The notes: a model not told the origin generated them from the letters alone. Counted from the first letter of the stretch, positions 33,899 to 44,158 are shown. The stretch is DNA of 64,000 nt from Candidatus Cloacimonadota bacterium (GCA_049903315.1 JBNGBT010000002.1:160001-224000), one strand, 5' to 3'. Numbers and translations are program-made.

Positions 33899-34245
33899 AT
33901 TGATTTAAGAATGAAGATTAAAGATAGATGATTTAAGATTTGTATAACGCGTTCAAGTGGGAGAAGTTACCTCTATATTCTTTAATAGCAGGAAGATTAA
34001 AATTTATAAATGATTATATCTTTGCGTTCTCTGCGTCTTTGCGATCTTTGCGAGAAAATATTTAGTGTGAAGAGATAGGTTCATCCCATTGATTGATTTA
34101 AGAATGAAGATTAACGATTGAAGATTTGAGATTTGTATAACACAATAACCGGAGAAGTTAACTCAATACATTTTAATAGTTCACAACAGAAATATACAAT
34201 TTCTTATATCTCTGTGAACTCTGTGCGCTCTGTGGTGTAACATTT
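33870..34245. repeat. Degenerate tandem duplication, ~193-nt unit
   Basis: GATTGATTTAAGAATGAAGATTAA identical at 33898 and 34091; shared downstream TTTGTATAAC, GGAGAAGTTA, TTTAATAG and TTATATC blocks. Confidence 0.8.
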
Positions 34246-34248
34246 AAA

Positions 34249-35142
34249 TTAGAATTTCTCCGTTTCCTGTAAAATTCCAAATTGTAATCCATAATCACTC
34301 GCAAAGATGTCCTTGATTCCAAGATATAAAAAAATGCTCTCGAGAAGTATCGTACCCGATAATAATACATCAGAGCGATGCGGATCAAAGGGAATGAGCA
34401 TTTCTATTTCTTCATAAGATAATTTTTTCCACAAATCCCTAAAATAATGTACATCATCCAAAGTAAGAACCTGTTTGTGCACTTTTTCCGAAATCCATGT
34501 TTTCAATCCCTGTTTTACTGCAACGAGATTCGTGACAGTGCCGCCTATGCCAACAACTTTATATGAAGATGGCACATGTTCCTTGATGTTTGAATGAGAT
34601 AAAACATCCTTACATAAAGAATACTTATCTTCATCAGATTCGAAAAGATTATTCAGTCTTCGGACTCCCATTTTTAAGCTGACTGAATAGGTTATTTCGC
34701 TGTCTTCAACGATAATAAATTCAGTGCTACCACCACCGATATCAAAGATGATAAGATTTTTATACTCTTCAAATTCACACTTGTTTGCAAGGTAGTCATA
34801 ATACAATTCCTGTTCCTCAGAAAGAACATGATAGGGAAGTCCGTACTGCTTTTTCAACCAATGAGAAATTACAGAAATATTTTTTGCCTCTCTCGATGCT
34901 GATGTGCCGGTAATAATTATCCTATCTGCTGAATACTTACGAGAAACCTGGATATATTTATCGAGAATTGTTTTTGCTCTTTCAATCCCTTCCTCAGTCA
35001 ATAGTCCGTTTTTCATGCCTTTGCCAAGTGAAGAGGTTTGTGCATCGCGATGAAGAACGTGCCATGAGTTGTTTGATCTTTCAGCAACAAGTAGTAAAAT
35101 TGAATTCGTGCCTACATCAATGACCGCGCAGATGGCTTTCAT
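34249..35142 (-). CDS. Ppx/GppA phosphatase family protein
   Basis: AVIDVGTNS, TSASREAKN, DIGGGSTE, GIGGT; start placed at MKAICAV just past the ispG stop. Confidence 0.9.
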   Translation of the reverse strand: MKAICAVIDVGTNSILLLVAERSNNSWHVLHRDAQTSSLGKGMKNGLLTEEGIERAKTILDKYIQVSRKYSADRIIITGTSASREAKNISVISHWLKKQYGLPYHVLSEEQELYYDYLANKCEFEEYKNLIIFDIGGGSTEFIIVEDSEITYSVSLKMGVRRLNNLFESDEDKYSLCKDVLSHSNIKEHVPSSYKVVGIGGTVTNLVAVKQGLKTWISEKVHKQVLTLDDVHYFRDLWKKLSYEEIEMLIPFDPHRSDVLLSGTILLESIFLYLGIKDIFASDYGLQFGILQETEKF

Positions 35143-35149
35143 ACAAGCA

Positions 35150-36205
35150 TTATAAAATCGATCGAATTTCCTTGAGAAGCTCAGCAATGATGTGCTTTTC
35201 AGGGATTTTTCTGATGATCTTTCCTTTCTTGAAAAGAACTGCCTGCCCTTTTCCTCCGGCAATGCCGATATCTGCTTCTTCAGCTTCTCCTGGTCCATTC
35301 ACGATGCATCCCATGACAGCGATGGAAATATTTTTCTCGATCTGCAATTTCTGAACTTCATCCTCAACTTTTCGTGCAATACCGATGATATCAATCTCTG
35401 TTCTTCCACAGGTGGGGCATACAATGAGGTGTGGACCCTTCCTGAGGTCGAGTGCCCGAAGTATCTCCAAACCGACTTTTACTTCCTCGACAGGATCATC
35501 TGCAAGCGATACACGCAGCGTATCGCCGATTCCTTCTGCAAGGAGTGTTCCGATGCCAATCGAGGACCGGATGGTGCCTGAGAACGCTGTACCGGCTTCT
35601 GTGACACCTAAATGCAAAGGAAAGTCACATTTCTCGCTGATCTTCCTGTAGGATTCGATCGTAAGCGGAACGGATGATGCTTTCAACGAGAGTTTTATGT
35701 TGTAAAAATTCTGAGATTCAAAAAAGCGTACATGACGCATAGCACTTTCCACAAGCGCATCCGCAGTGACGCCGTATTTCTTTTTTATATCCTTTTCAAG
35801 CGATCCTGCATTCACCCCGATGCGAATTGGAATATGAGCAATCTTTGCAGCCTCGATAATATATTTTACTTTATCATTACTTCCGATATTTCCGGGATTT
35901 ATGCGTATGCCATGCACACCTTTTTCAATTGCATGAATTGCCAGCTCATGATTGAAATGAATATCTCCGATAACAGGAATAGGGGATCCATCCAAAATTT
36001 TTGGCAGTGCATCCACAGCTTTCATGTCCGGTATTGCGACACGTATTATATCACATCCGTGAGCTGCACATTGCCTGATCTGTTCGAGTGTTTTCTCAGC
36101 ATCCCGGGTGTCCGTATTGGTCATGGACTGTACGGAAATGGGAGCATCACCACCGATTTTTACGTTACCAACTGCGATCTGCCGGGTTTTCTTCCTTGGG
36201 ATCAT
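35150..36205 (-). CDS. ispG: (E)-4-hydroxy-3-methylbut-2-enyl-diphosphate synthase
   Basis: VQSMTNT, RINPGNIG, HLGVTEAG, CPTCGR, MGCIVNGPGE. Confidence 0.98.
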   Translation of the reverse strand: MIPRKKTRQIAVGNVKIGGDAPISVQSMTNTDTRDAEKTLEQIRQCAAHGCDIIRVAIPDMKAVDALPKILDGSPIPVIGDIHFNHELAIHAIEKGVHGIRINPGNIGSNDKVKYIIEAAKIAHIPIRIGVNAGSLEKDIKKKYGVTADALVESAMRHVRFFESQNFYNIKLSLKASSVPLTIESYRKISEKCDFPLHLGVTEAGTAFSGTIRSSIGIGTLLAEGIGDTLRVSLADDPVEEVKVGLEILRALDLRKGPHLIVCPTCGRTEIDIIGIARKVEDEVQKLQIEKNISIAVMGCIVNGPGEAEEADIGIAGGKGQAVLFKKGKIIRKIPEKHIIAELLKEIRSIL

Positions 36206-36663
36206 AAATGCTTTTTCTCGAAGTCCAATAATTTTTGTTTCACATCGATACCACCGCCAAAACCTCCCAGCCCTTTATCCGTGCGTATCACACGATGGCA
36301 GGGAATCACAATAGGAATGGGATTCACATGATTAGCGTTACCGACTGCTCTGGATGATCTTGGGTGACCTATTCCTAGCGCGACATCGTGATAGGTTTGT
36401 GTTTTTCCATAGGGAATCTGCTGAAGATATTCCCAGACTTTAATCTGAAAAGGAGTACCCACAAGCACGAGGGGCAGATCAAAGGTTTTTCTCTTTCCAG
36501 AAAAATATTCTTCAAGCTGTTTCAGATACTTATTATCTTTTGAAAGCTCGAAGATCACATCCTTATCCTTGCAGTCGAACTGAATAGTGTGCAATCCTTC
36601 ATCAGAAAAGGTAAGTAGGATGTTCACGATATTGTTTTTTAGAATGCTTTGATATAATTTCAT
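36202..36663 (-). CDS. ogt: Methylated-DNA--protein-cysteine methyltransferase
   Basis: GTPFQ..VW, RAVGNA, IPCHRVI active site; start placed at MKLYQ. Confidence 0.93.
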   Translation of the reverse strand: MKLYQSILKNNIVNILLTFSDEGLHTIQFDCKDKDVIFELSKDNKYLKQLEEYFSGKRKTFDLPLVLVGTPFQIKVWEYLQQIPYGKTQTYHDVALGIGHPRSSRAVGNANHVNPIPIVIPCHRVIRTDKGLGGFGGGIDVKQKLLDFEKKHL

Positions 36664-36715
36664 AAATTTATGTAGACTGAACAAGCCAGCTTATTGTCAA
36701 TAATTTCTTATTTTA

Positions 36716-37951
36716 TTATTTACTATCCGAAATGACTACTTGTAGATGTCCGTGCTTTCGGAGTGCAGGGAGTACAAGCAGAAATCCTATCAGAGAAAGT
36801 GCCGTGATACAAGCACAAAACAGGAAGAATAGGCGGAAGTCACCAGTGCCGATGATCGCACCACCAATCATAGGACCAAGGAAAAAGCCACCGTCAACCA
36901 TTTCAGTGCCGAAATTCTGGTTCAATGCCTGAAGCCGCGGCGTGGAAATGCGGAAAAGAACCGCATGTAAAATCGGATGAGCCACTCCCCAGCATAATCC
37001 GCAGACCGGCGCGAGTGCATAGAACAGGATCGAGCCTTTGGTCAAAGCAAGACCTGCATAAGCGATCACCAATACTGCCAACGCCCAGCCGATAAGGCGT
37101 TCAGCTTTGAACTGATCCATGAACGGGCCGCCAACCAGGCGTACGAGTATCATCGTGACAATGGCAATAGTGAAAAACAGCCCGGGATTTGCTACACCGA
37201 TCGAAGCCCCAAATTGTGCGCAATACACAAAAGATGACGCAATACAAATGAAGAGGACCAATATTATGACCAGCACTATGATAAGTTTGGGGGTCGAGAG
37301 ATCCTTGAAAAACTCACGGTGAGAGATGTGCTTAAATTTTTTTTTCATTTCATTGCCCTCAGCATCCCGGGGACGTATCAAAAGAAGAAGCGGAAATATA
37401 ATGAGCATGAACAATCCCGTTGCTGCAATAACCTTATCAAATCCGCCAAGAAGCGTGGTAAGGGGTCCAAGCAAGGGCGGTATAACAGCCATGGGCAGGA
37501 GCATGCTTGCTGAGGTAATACTAAACGCAAGACTTGCTTTTTTAGGCGGGATGAACGCTACAATAAGTGACATCTTCGACGCTGCCATACAAACATATGC
37601 AGCACCATGCACAAACCGCAGTATGAGCAAAGGCCAGATCGTGCCGGCAACGAGGTAGAACAGAAGTGATGCTGTATCAACAACTGTACTAATAGCGATC
37701 CATCTTCGGGCATTTGAGGGGAAAAGAAAGGGACTGATCAGCGGTCTGAGTACCAAACCACTCAAGGAGAATATGCTGATAATAATGCCTATAATGCCCG
37801 GACTGAAACCCTTTGATGCGAGATAGGGGGCAAAGGTAAAAAATACTGCAAGATTCAAATACGCCATGAAGATCATGATGTTCAGCGCAATGAAATCTTT
37901 GCTCAGCAGTTTGTGCGTTCCTGTTGTCTCTGTCATGAAAGGATACTCCAT
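36716..37951 (-). CDS. MFS transporter
   Basis: ~12 hydrophobic segments, LRFVHG, GGPFMDQFKAER motif-A-like, GFFLGPMIGG. Confidence 0.85.
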   Translation of the reverse strand: MEYPFMTETTGTHKLLSKDFIALNIMIFMAYLNLAVFFTFAPYLASKGFSPGIIGIIISIFSLSGLVLRPLISPFLFPSNARRWIAISTVVDTASLLFYLVAGTIWPLLILRFVHGAAYVCMAASKMSLIVAFIPPKKASLAFSITSASMLLPMAVIPPLLGPLTTLLGGFDKVIAATGLFMLIIFPLLLLIRPRDAEGNEMKKKFKHISHREFFKDLSTPKLIIVLVIILVLFICIASSFVYCAQFGASIGVANPGLFFTIAIVTMILVRLVGGPFMDQFKAERLIGWALAVLVIAYAGLALTKGSILFYALAPVCGLCWGVAHPILHAVLFRISTPRLQALNQNFGTEMVDGGFFLGPMIGGAIIGTGDFRLFFLFCACITALSLIGFLLVLPALRKHGHLQVVISDSK

Positions 37952-38008
37952 TTTATTTTTACTGAAAAAAATATGTTAAAAATAAATAATGGATTGCTTA
38001 ATAAATTA

Positions 38009-38560
38009 TCAATTTTTCACGGAATGTGATCTCTCCACAGCCATTATATATCCTTGATCTTCGTTTACTGAAGTGACAGTTTTAATGTGTTGGAAACCAC
38101 ATTTTTCATAACATCGTATTGAACGTTTGTTATCAGGTGATGGAGCGAGTACACATCGTTCAGCATCCTCGTTTGAGAATATCAGTTCATTAAGTGATTG
38201 TTTAACGATCCTTGTGCCAAGTCCATGATTGAAAAGGTCTGGTTGACCAATAAAAAGATCGAGTCCATAATCTCCGGTTTTACCTGAGATTAGATCGCAC
38301 CAATCTGGATAATCCATAACGCGATAATATTGCAGATAGCCGATTGGTTGATCATTCAGAAGGATTATCATGCAATGAGTTCCTCCCTCGGGTTTTTCAA
38401 ATAAGTATTTTTTACGAAGCGCTTCTTCTGACGAAGTATATCCATTTCCATACCACCGCATGACCTCTTCGGTTGACAGCCACTTCTGCATAAAGGGGAT
38501 GTGCGATTCGTTAAGTGTGATAAATGTTATTGCCTTATCCAGTGGATGTGTCCCATTCAT
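38009..38560 (-). CDS. GNAT acetyltransferase, AAC(6')-Ib/Ie-like
   Basis: PIGYLQYY, GLDLFIGQP..HGLGT, PSPDNKRSIRCYEKCGF; start uncertain. Confidence 0.8.
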   Translation of the reverse strand: MNGTHPLDKAITFITLNESHIPFMQKWLSTEEVMRWYGNGYTSSEEALRKKYLFEKPEGGTHCMIILLNDQPIGYLQYYRVMDYPDWCDLISGKTGDYGLDLFIGQPDLFNHGLGTRIVKQSLNELIFSNEDAERCVLAPSPDNKRSIRCYEKCGFQHIKTVTSVNEDQGYIMAVERSHSVKN

Positions 38561-38591
38561 GAGAAGAGCTGTTGCCAACGATATATCTTTT

Positions 38592-38801
38592 TTACCAGGA
38601 CACAAGTCCGTAGAGCAATGCAGCAATACCTACCACAAAATACACGATTACATTAATCCAGAAGAGTGTTGGCTTCTCTTCTTTTGCTATGTTAAAGTCG
38701 CCCTTGATTCTTACCTTACCTTTGGTGATACCTTTGTACCCGAACCAGATAAGAGCAAAACCGATGATAGAAATCAGTAATTTAACAATACCATGGTTCA
38801 T
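38592..38801 (-). CDS. Small two-TM membrane protein
   Basis: 69 aa with two hydrophobic helices; GGAG upstream. Confidence 0.6.
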   Translation of the reverse strand: MNHGIVKLLISIIGFALIWFGYKGITKGKVRIKGDFNIAKEEKPTLFWINVIVYFVVGIAALLYGLVSW

Positions 38802-38964
38802 TATAGTCTCCAGTGGTTATAAATTTTCTATACATGGACACAGAGAACTACCAGATCCCTGTCAATAAATTTAACAAACTGCATTCGTCGGTAAAATCCA
38901 AACAACTTGACAAGTATAACTTTGAAATCATTAGAAAATTGAAACTTAATTCTCAGGAGATTAT

Positions 38965-40176
38965 ATGAAAAAATATATCATATTCTTTTTATTACTGTCA
39001 CTTACTTTATTCGGATGCTGTAAACTCACAAATCCCGACCTCAAAAAGAAATCATGGACTTTCATGTGGTATCTGGATGGGGATGAGGTCAGTATGCAGC
39101 AGGATTTTATTGCAGCATTCCATAATATCATCGCTTCAGGTGTAGGAAGCACCGACGAGATAAATATCATTATTCAGTTCGACAGGTACCCGCACATGGA
39201 TGATTTTGGCGGTTGGGAAATTGCAGAACGCTTTTATTACACGGCAGGTATGGAACCAACTCCTGAGAATGCAATTGCTGACTGGGGAGATGGTCAGGGC
39301 GGCAGAGAAGTGGATATGGCTGACCAGGAAACATTGCAGTCCTTTATCACATGGGCTGCTGCCAATTATCCCGCAGAACATTATGCGCTGATGCCGGCAG
39401 ATCATGGTTTTGGCTGGCAGGGGCTTATTATGGATATGACCAGCGATGGAAACTTCATGACGATCAGAGGACTGGTAGAAGCTCTGAATAATTCGGGAAT
39501 CCATTTTGACCTTCTGGCGCTCGATGCGTGCTCTATGCAGATGATCGAAGTGATGTATGAACTCAGAGATACCCCAATTGATATTATGGTAGGTTCGGAA
39601 AATCTCGGCACGACCTGGGCATTTACCCAGATACTGCAGGCGATCACCGATGATCCTGAGATCAGTGCAGCAAACCTCGGAAAAGAGATATGCGATTTTT
39701 ATTATGATATCCATAGTACGGATACCACTATCACACTCTCAACGGTACAATTCAATAAAGTGCCTGCGGTAACAGAAGCGGTTACAGACCTTGCAGTGAC
39801 CATTCTGGACAGTGTGCCATTTACTTCTGTGCAGACAAAAGCACAAATTGTGGTCGATGCGATCGATGATGCAGTCATTTATAAAAAGAATGGTTTGCAT
39901 TACGCATCTGCAGGAGGGATTTCAATCTACTGGCCTGCTTCCTTCCAGGGATACACCCCTGAAATGTTTTACTACAGCTACTTAGACGAGATCATTGATT
40001 TTCCCACGGACTCTTCCTGGCGTGAATTTCTCTACGTTTTCTACAATGTAATGCATTATGAAGGAGTGATCGAGCCGCAGATCTACGCAGTCAAAAATAC
40101 TCTTTCGTACTTCGACAGTACGAGTGTGGACCTTTATGATTTCTGTAAGGGCATTGTGGATTATCAAGCACCGTGA
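38965..40176 (+). CDS. Clostripain-family (C11) cysteine peptidase, probable lipoprotein
   Basis: Lipobox LFGC, WTFMWYLDGD, YPAEHYAL..DHGFGW, DACSM. Confidence 0.85.
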   Translation: MKKYIIFFLLLSLTLFGCCKLTNPDLKKKSWTFMWYLDGDEVSMQQDFIAAFHNIIASGVGSTDEINIIIQFDRYPHMDDFGGWEIAERFYYTAGMEPTPENAIADWGDGQGGREVDMADQETLQSFITWAAANYPAEHYALMPADHGFGWQGLIMDMTSDGNFMTIRGLVEALNNSGIHFDLLALDACSMQMIEVMYELRDTPIDIMVGSENLGTTWAFTQILQAITDDPEISAANLGKEICDFYYDIHSTDTTITLSTVQFNKVPAVTEAVTDLAVTILDSVPFTSVQTKAQIVVDAIDDAVIYKKNGLHYASAGGISIYWPASFQGYTPEMFYYSYLDEIIDFPTDSSWREFLYVFYNVMHYEGVIEPQIYAVKNTLSYFDSTSVDLYDFCKGIVDYQAP

Positions 40177-40246
40177 GAAATTTTACTGAGTTGTCACGGA
40201 CCATTCCGTGGTCGGATTGAAATTTTAAAATTTTAGGAGAATAACG

Positions 40247-42223
40247 ATGAAGAAAATTGTGCTATGTTTTGTGGTATGTATAATATTTACATGTTCATTA
40301 TCAGCCCAACCATGGTTGCAGAAGGATGAAGTATTCAACTCCAGCGGTGTGCCAAGTGTATCATTTTCGCAACCACGATTTGCAGACCTCGATGCTGATG
40401 GCGATCAGGATATGATCCTCGGAAATATTGATGATGCGCCAATCTATATTGAAAATATCGGTTCACCAACTATTCCTGTATTCACACCAGGTTCTGAAAT
40501 TTTTACCGGAACATCATCACTTGATGCGGAAATGGGAGTATGTGCAGACCTCGATAATGATGGAGATCTGGATTTTATCTCAGGCGGTTATACAGGTTTG
40601 AATTTTTTCGAAAATACCGGCACAATATACGTGCCTGTTTTCGAAAAAGTGAATAATTTCTTTGCAGGTTTGAGTGTCGGGCAGAATCCTGTACCTGATC
40701 TTGCAGATGTGGATGATGACAATGATCTGGATATGGTAGTCGGTTTCAGTGAGGATGGGAGTGTGAAGATATATTTGAACACAGGCACTCCGGAAACAGC
40801 TCAATTTTCAGAGGTGAATACTATCTCTATTGGAGATGTGGGCTTATATGCATATCCGAATTTCTGCGATCTCGATGCGGATAATGATCAGGATATTGTG
40901 GTTGGCAGAGATACTCACGGATTTGTCTATTATCAGAACAATGGAACTCCTCAGAGTGGTTTGTGGGAAGTGAATGCAAGTGTTTTCACAGGTATAGGAA
41001 GCGATTCCTACTGGAATTCACCCGGATTAACTGATCTGAACGGAGATGGAACAATCGACCTTATTTACGGCACTGCACAAGGTCCTCTGCATTATTACCA
41101 AAACAACGGAACACCAGCAGTACCTTCGTGGCTGGAGAACACGACACTTTTCGGCGGCGTGATCGATGTGGGGGGCGCGAGCAATCCATTCTTCTATGAT
41201 TTTGATGGAGACGGTGACTTTGATATGGTAAGCGGAAGCCAGCTTGGTGATATAAAATATTTTCAGAATGTTGGAACCGCATCTGCTTCTGCATGGGAAG
41301 AGGACAATGCCTATTTCGCAAGCATCGACCATTCAATTTATTCCTCGATCACACTTGGAGATGTATATAACAACGGGCTTGCAGATGCAATTGTAGGCGA
41401 TGTGAGCGGACATTTCTACTTCCATCGGAATACAGGTTTTAATTATGTTTTTGAAAGCGATGTACTCTCTTTTGTCAATTTGGGAGGATGGTCAGCTCCT
41501 CGTCTTGTTGACATGGATGATGACAATGACCTGGATATAGTTGCAGGAAATGAAGGAGGAAATTTATTCTATTTTGAAAACCAGGGCACACCATCTGCAC
41601 CGGATTGGGTCCAGGTAACAGGTTATTTCGGCAGCATCGATGTCGGCACTGATTGTGCTCCGACAGTAGGCGATCTCAGTATGAATAGCAGGTTGGATAT
41701 TGTAACCGGTGATATAAGCGGAGAGGTTCAATTTTTTGAAAATATCGAAGGTAACTGGACAGAGAATCCTTATTTCGTATCGGGAATTTCCGGAGATCAA
41801 AATACAACTCCCGCGCTTGTTGACTTGGATGGAGACGGCGATCTTGACCTAGTACTTGGGAATTACGGAGGCACTTTTAATTATTATGAAAACCAACATA
41901 TAATTGTGAGTGCTGATCCTGAAGTACAACAGACTAACTCATACAAGCTCAATAATTTCCCGAATCCGTTCAGACATTCAACAACAATTTCTTTTTCTGG
42001 AACCACTAATTTACACGAATTTTCACAAATTGATATTTACAATATTAGAGGACAACTTGTTCGCAAGCTTCGCCCTTTCACCTCTTCGCCAAGTCGCATT
42101 GTCGAAGTAAAATGGGATGGAAAAGATAATATGGGAAAAGAAATGAAACCGGGAATTTATTTCTATAAATTGAATGTAAATGACAAAACGGAAGCGGTGG
42201 AGAAATGTTTATTAATAAAATGA
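40247..42223 (+). CDS. Secreted FG-GAP/VCBS repeat protein with Por/T9SS-like (FlgD-Ig) C-terminal domain
   Basis: Signal peptide, many DLDxDGDxD repeats, NFPNPF..IYNIRGQLV..WDGKD..GIYFYKL tail. Confidence 0.85.
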   Translation: MKKIVLCFVVCIIFTCSLSAQPWLQKDEVFNSSGVPSVSFSQPRFADLDADGDQDMILGNIDDAPIYIENIGSPTIPVFTPGSEIFTGTSSLDAEMGVCADLDNDGDLDFISGGYTGLNFFENTGTIYVPVFEKVNNFFAGLSVGQNPVPDLADVDDDNDLDMVVGFSEDGSVKIYLNTGTPETAQFSEVNTISIGDVGLYAYPNFCDLDADNDQDIVVGRDTHGFVYYQNNGTPQSGLWEVNASVFTGIGSDSYWNSPGLTDLNGDGTIDLIYGTAQGPLHYYQNNGTPAVPSWLENTTLFGGVIDVGGASNPFFYDFDGDGDFDMVSGSQLGDIKYFQNVGTASASAWEEDNAYFASIDHSIYSSITLGDVYNNGLADAIVGDVSGHFYFHRNTGFNYVFESDVLSFVNLGGWSAPRLVDMDDDNDLDIVAGNEGGNLFYFENQGTPSAPDWVQVTGYFGSIDVGTDCAPTVGDLSMNSRLDIVTGDISGEVQFFENIEGNWTENPYFVSGISGDQNTTPALVDLDGDGDLDLVLGNYGGTFNYYENQHIIVSADPEVQQTNSYKLNNFPNPFRHSTTISFSGTTNLHEFSQIDIYNIRGQLVRKLRPFTSSPSRIVEVKWDGKDNMGKEMKPGIYFYKLNVNDKTEAVEKCLLIK

Positions 42224-42780
42224 AGAAGATCAAAGGGTTGGTAATAGCTGCCTTCCTCACTATAATTCTATGGGGATTACCAAATGCTCTATTTGCAGAA
42301 AATAATATGGATGTATCTTTTGGTGCAGGCATTCCGAAATTTATCAATATTGGACTGCGATACAATGCAGCACAAATGCAGGTGGGTTTGAGTTATGGTT
42401 TCCTGCCGCTTGAAAATGAGATCTGTACATCATTAACCGGCGATATCTTCCTCCATTTTGCAGGACACTCAGCCCTTACTACAAGAAAACCGTGGTATGC
42501 TAAGTTTGGAATCAGCTATGTTCGAGATAAGCAGGAAGATAACACTTCATCATATGTATATTCAAACTTTCGGATTGGACGGGAGTTCTTTATTTCAAAA
42601 AAATTTGGGGTTGGAGCTGACCTTGGAATCAGTTTTGAATTATCCAAAGAAATAGAGGATGAACAGGCAGCTTCCGGTTGGTTCAACCTTGATTTAGATT
42701 TCCCGGTATTGCCTTGCTTCGGGATAAACATATTCTATCATTTCGGCTTTTTACCGCGCAATAATAGAGGAGGAGCATAA
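42220..42780 (+). CDS. Hypothetical protein, possible outer-membrane beta-barrel
   Basis: Signal peptide, alternating aromatic/Gly strands; ATGA overlap with upstream gene. Confidence 0.6.
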   Translation: MKKIKGLVIAAFLTIILWGLPNALFAENNMDVSFGAGIPKFINIGLRYNAAQMQVGLSYGFLPLENEICTSLTGDIFLHFAGHSALTTRKPWYAKFGISYVRDKQEDNTSSYVYSNFRIGREFFISKKFGVGADLGISFELSKEIEDEQAASGWFNLDLDFPVLPCFGINIFYHFGFLPRNNRGGA

Positions 42781-43146
42781 ATGAAAAAAACTGATTGCTA
42801 CTGGTTTAGTCCATGTGGACTTTCCTGCGATAAATGCGGGATACATCTGCGAACACCTGAAGAACTCGCCTATTGGAAGAGTCAGAACGTCGATCATGAT
42901 AAGATAAAATGTGACGGATGCAGGTCGAGAGTGGACGGGAATCACTGGTCACCAAATTGCAGGATACTGGCGTGTTGTGTATATAAAAAAGAGTTATCCT
43001 TTTGTGCGCAATGTGATGAATTTCCATGCAAAATATTACTCAATTGGGCTGAGGAATATTCAGGACATGCAAAAGCTGTTGAGCGATTAAAGGAGATGAA
43101 AAAGCAAGGTGTTGTGCAATGGCTGGAAACGCATGGGTATGAGTAG
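42781..43146 (+). CDS. DUF3795-like Cys-rich protein
   Basis: SPCGLSCDKC, CDGCR, CRILACC, FCAQCDEFPC. Confidence 0.8.
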   Translation: MKKTDCYWFSPCGLSCDKCGIHLRTPEELAYWKSQNVDHDKIKCDGCRSRVDGNHWSPNCRILACCVYKKELSFCAQCDEFPCKILLNWAEEYSGHAKAVERLKEMKKQGVVQWLETHGYE

Positions 43147-43374
43147 GGGATTGATAATATTAACCGCGAAAAGCATAAAAAAATGTTGTGAGAAGAAATA
43201 ATATAAATTTGTTAAAATATATCTACATTAAATACTTCTTTTCAAATAATAATTTCATTTCAGTACTTTATGAATAAATTTAGAAATATTTTCTCATAAA
43301 ATTCTTAGTAGTAATTCTTGACATGTATGCGCTTTATTATTTTAGAAACAAGTAATTGATCAAGGCGGATTGAA

Positions 43375-44073
43375 TTGAATAAAAAGTTTTGGCTATATCT
43401 CATTATTTGTACGTGCTTATACTCCTTTAGTTTTGCACAGGAAGAATGTGTATGGACAAAAGATTTTATGGTGGAATCGCATCATTTTTCTTCAACGGGA
43501 AGCAATACTTATTTCATCCTTGAACCACATTATTATCTTATATTGGAAAATAATGATGTTGATGAGCGAGAGAGACTTGTCATTACTGTTCTTGATGAGA
43601 CAAAGCTAGTCGATGGTTTGGAGACGCGCATTGTCGAAGAAAGAGAATCAGTAAATGGTGAAATTATTGAAATTTCAAGAAATTATTTTGCCTTTGATAC
43701 GAACACGAGCAGTGTATTCTATTTTGGTGAGGAAGTTGATATACACAAGAACGGAGAGATAGTAAACCATCACGGAGCATGGGCTTCTGGTGAAAATGGT
43801 GCATTATTTGGTTTGATGATGCCAGGCGTTTTCCTACTCGGTGCGCGTTATTACCAGGAAATTGCTCCGGAAGTAGCTATGGATAGGGCAGAAATTCTCT
43901 CGATCTCAGATATATTAACCACTTCTTCAGAAAAATTTACAGATTGTCTGGTCGTCGAAGAAACGACCCCGCTTGAGCCAGAAGCGAAAGATTACAAGAT
44001 CTATGCACCCAGGATTGGTTTGATAAAAGACGGAGATCTTCTTTATGTGAAACATGGGTATAAGGAAGAATAA
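43375..44073 (+). CDS. Hypothetical exported protein
   Basis: 232-aa ORF, TTG start, signal peptide, upstream TTGACA. Confidence 0.7.
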   Translation: MNKKFWLYLIICTCLYSFSFAQEECVWTKDFMVESHHFSSTGSNTYFILEPHYYLILENNDVDERERLVITVLDETKLVDGLETRIVEERESVNGEIIEISRNYFAFDTNTSSVFYFGEEVDIHKNGEIVNHHGAWASGENGALFGLMMPGVFLLGARYYQEIAPEVAMDRAEILSISDILTTSSEKFTDCLVVEETTPLEPEAKDYKIYAPRIGLIKDGDLLYVKHGYKEE

Positions 44074-44158
44074 CATAGATGTTTTGCCAATATCGCAAAT
44101 TAAACTTTTTCAAAAATTATTACTCTAAACAAATGCAAAAATTTTTAAGGTGGTTAAA

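Noticed and set aside
33870..34245. CRISPR array
   Set aside because: Only two long degenerate units, no identical 25-40-nt repeats with unique spacers, and no cas genes.
35143..35298. N-terminal extension of the Ppx ORF given in the ORF track
   Set aside because: It overlaps the ispG 3' end; family similarity starts at MKAICAVIDVGTNS.
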